A DNA stretch of 63,995 bases, filler included. It is 9 parts of 9 records of this genome, joined end to end, with 100 filler letters (N's around TTAATTAATTAA, not from the genome) between each part and the next. Parts side by side here need not be neighbours in the genome. Positions count along the whole stretch, not along the records: positions 58,933 to 63,995 come from SRR31156797_22547; 8 more parts are not named here. One strand, written 5' to 3'. Numbering within the stretch: position 1 is the first letter of the stretch; each line of letters opens with the position of its first letter. Under the pieces are notes generated by a model. The model did no database searches. It saw only the letters and a program-made list of their open reading frames with translations, and had not been told where the DNA came from. Both the position numbers and the translations under genes were made by a program. Positions 61,860 through 63,995 of the stretch are shown piece by piece.

Positions 61860-62399
61860 ATGATGGGTGATAAATTTGACGGCCTCTTACCTGAGGTTAA
61901 AGAACATATAAAAAAACTGGTAAAGACGGCGGGGCTGGAAAACAGCGACGAATCTCTGGAAATGCTTTCCGCCGGATGGCTTGAAAAGCAGGAGTCCTTC
62001 TTCGAACAGACGAAGCAGAAGGAAATGGAGGAGACCGACGCTTTGAATGCCGATGATCTGCGGGGGGCTCTGGTTATGACCATTTCGGGTTCCCTTATAA
62101 ATATCGGTCCCGAGATTGAGGATATGCGTTCCGCTTCCTACTACTCCATCGGTTTAAGGAATGATGTCCCCGAATCGGCGGAAGAGGCGGGCTCTGTCCT
62201 GGCAAAGAGCGTTCTGAAGGGAGAAACGGTGGAGTTTGAAAAGGGGCCGATTGTGAAATCCAGTCCCGCCTTCGCCATTGCGGTTTTCAAGGAAGAGCTT
62301 GAGCTGGAGCCTGAAGCGGAAGAGGAACTGCTGGATGAGGTAACCATGATCGTGGCGGGTGATTTTGCATCGATCAACAAAACAACAATGCATGAATAG
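61860..62399 (+). CDS. Hypothetical protein, stand-alone paralogue of the N-terminal domain of 60827-61720
   Basis: AGGAG RBS at 61851; shares the W..K...F..Q, D.RG....T.SGS....GP, Y.SI.LR..VP and SPA..IA motifs. Confidence 0.85.
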   Translation: MMGDKFDGLLPEVKEHIKKLVKTAGLENSDESLEMLSAGWLEKQESFFEQTKQKEMEETDALNADDLRGALVMTISGSLINIGPEIEDMRSASYYSIGLRNDVPESAEEAGSVLAKSVLKGETVEFEKGPIVKSSPAFAIAVFKEELELEPEAEEELLDEVTMIVAGDFASINKTTMHE

Positions 62400-62411
62400 T
62401 TGAGGTAGAGT

Positions 62412-63428
62412 TTGAAAACAGAAAGTTCGGCCTGGAGGGAGACGGCTTCGCGCCTTAAGTTCATTTCAAGGCGTCGGGGTCTTCCCGGGAGTGAGGAGTT
62501 GAGAGAGGTTCTGGACCGGGGGATCGGTGCCCTTGGGACTGAAAATACCGGAATTCGGCCTTTGAACCGTCGGGGTCTGCCCGGCGGACTGGTCTATCTG
62601 AAACCCGGCGGTTATTTTCTCCTCCTTCCGGATCTCCATGGCAGGACGGACTTTTTTTACAATGCCCTGATGTATACGGGATATTCGGGAAATCCGGTGA
62701 TCGAGGATATGGATGCCGGACGGGCTCAGGTTGTCTGTGTGGGGGATGCCTTCCACTCCGAAGCCCGGGGGCGCAGCCGCTGGAAGAAGGCTTTTGATGA
62801 GTACACCAGGGGATTCAAATCCCGCCGGAATATGGATAAGGAAATGGCTGAGAATCTTGGGTTATTGGAGATGATAGCCCTGGTGAAATCGGCCTGGCCC
62901 CGGGGGTTTCATTTTCTAAAAGGGAACCACGAGAATATCGCCAACGAGGGGATTGAAGGAAACTTTCCGTTCCGAAAGTACGCCCATGAAGGGGAGATGG
63001 TAAAACTCTGGGTTCAGAATTTTCTGGGCATGGAACTCTTCGAGGCGATCTACCGCTGGGAAAAGGGACTGGCTCTGATGGCTGTGGGGGAGGATTTTCT
63101 GATCACCCACGCCGAGCCGGCCTTTACACTGACGCCGGATGAGGTTGTGAACTGCTACGAGGATGGGGATATCATCGCCGGCCTCACCTGGACCGATAAC
63201 GGCCGGGCGGAACAGGGCAGTGTGGAGGGGACTCTGGCGGCCTTCGGCATCGATTCCCCCGGGGGACGGATCTTCGGCGGCCACCGGCCTGTGCAGGGGC
63301 TTTACGATCTCCGGCAGGAAGGGCGGTATGTTCAGATTAACACACCAAATGACTGGACCGTCGGGGTTTTTGAGAATATGGCCGGCTTCAGGCCGGAAGA
63401 AAATATTATCTGCTTGAATCAGAGGTAG
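62412..63428 (+). CDS. Calcineurin-like metallophosphoesterase (PPP-like)
   Basis: DLHG, GDAFH, GNHE, THA and GH motifs. Confidence 0.88.
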   Translation: MKTESSAWRETASRLKFISRRRGLPGSEELREVLDRGIGALGTENTGIRPLNRRGLPGGLVYLKPGGYFLLLPDLHGRTDFFYNALMYTGYSGNPVIEDMDAGRAQVVCVGDAFHSEARGRSRWKKAFDEYTRGFKSRRNMDKEMAENLGLLEMIALVKSAWPRGFHFLKGNHENIANEGIEGNFPFRKYAHEGEMVKLWVQNFLGMELFEAIYRWEKGLALMAVGEDFLITHAEPAFTLTPDEVVNCYEDGDIIAGLTWTDNGRAEQGSVEGTLAAFGIDSPGGRIFGGHRPVQGLYDLRQEGRYVQINTPNDWTVGVFENMAGFRPEENIICLNQR

Positions 63429-63431
63429 GAA

Positions 63432-63995
63432 ATGGCGAAGATACCGGAACAAATCGATAAATACAAAATTGAGGCATTGGTGGCCACCGGCGGTATGGGT
63501 GCGGTCTTTAAGGGGATCCATCCGACCCTGAAACGGCCGGTGATTCTGAAAAAGCTCACCCTCCGGGGAAATGCTTCGGTCACCGAACGGTTCCGTCGGG
63601 AAGCCCGGATCCTTATGGATTTCCGGAACGATTACATTGTGGACGTACAGGATCATTTTATTCAGGGGAGGAGTCACTACATCGTCATGGAGTACGTCGA
63701 CGGCCTCTCGGTGAAGGACCTCATTGATGAGGAACGCTATCTGGACAACTGCTCCGCCGCCTACATTGCTCTCTACATTGCCCGGGCTCTGGCCTACGCC
63801 CATGCCAAAGGGGTTGTTCACCGTGACATCAAGCCGGGGAATATTCTGATCGCAAAGACCGGAGAAGTCAAGCTTGCTGATTTCGGCATCGCCTCGGCGA
63901 AAGATCTTGATTCCGGAGAGGATGAAGAACTGACCACCGACGGGATGACCCTGGGCACCCCGGCCTATATGGCCCCGGAGCAGTTTCAGAACTCC
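63432..63995 (+). CDS. Hanks-type Ser/Thr protein kinase (3' partial)
   Basis: Not in ORF track. Manual translation gives MAKIPEQIDKYKIEALVATGGMGAVFKG...ILKK...RFRREA...HRDIKPGNIL...DFG...GTPAYMAPEQ. Confidence 0.96.
   Translation, partial: MAKIPEQIDKYKIEALVATGGMGAVFKGIHPTLKRPVILKKLTLRGNASVTERFRREARILMDFRNDYIVDVQDHFIQGRSHYIVMEYVDGLSVKDLIDEERYLDNCSAAYIALYIARALAYAHAKGVVHRDIKPGNILIAKTGEVKLADFGIASAKDLDSGEDEELTTDGMTLGTPAYMAPEQFQNS

Noticed and set aside
62916-63821. 301-aa minus-strand ORF
   Set aside because: Antisense shadow of the phosphoesterase and the kinase, which carry all the conserved motifs on the plus strand.

Overview
This window is not one locus. It is nine unrelated contigs joined by artificial 100-bp spacers (44 N + TTAATTAATTAA + 44 N). 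Taxon labels are inferred from gene content and composition only. (1) 1-10448, Arcobacter-like Campylobacterota: crdA/crdB/czcB/cusA-type copper efflux operon with a divergent two-component system, an exported rhodanese coupled to a PAS-GGDEF-EAL protein, an orphan gene between palindromic elements, and the 3' end of nrdB. (2) 10549-16663 and (3) 16764-24971, probably FCB-group: esterases, TfoX, AlkD, lipoproteins, a ZnuA-like protein, EamA, ogt, a GH9-deacetylase fusion, and many 7-8-mer intergenic repeats. (4) 25072-30471, Fusobacteriota-like TonB/ExbBD/receptor/ABC iron uptake. (5) 30572-35954, Desulfobacterales-like glycerol dehydrogenase plus pduABC(D) microcompartment genes. (6) 36055-47368, Bacteroidota: two integron-like gene cassettes (HNH-like and HEPN proteins) with attC-like sites, an AbiE toxin-antitoxin pair between ~100-bp direct repeats, and an atypical B1-like metallo-beta-lactamase-fold protein. 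(7) 47469-52801, MerR/MATE and a sensor with four solute-binding domains. (8) 52902-58832, Arcobacter-like MoxR-DUF58-VWA operon, two OmpA-like paralogues and murE. (9) 58933-63995, spirochaete-like: an acyl-CoA synthetase and a divergent pair of paralogous unknown-domain genes, one fused to HU/IHF and the other heading an operon with a metallophosphoesterase and a Ser/Thr kinase. The best candidates for new biology are the contig 9 module, the contig 6 cassette array, the rhodanese/c-di-GMP pair and the triple-substituted MBL. No CRISPR array, rRNA or tRNA was seen.
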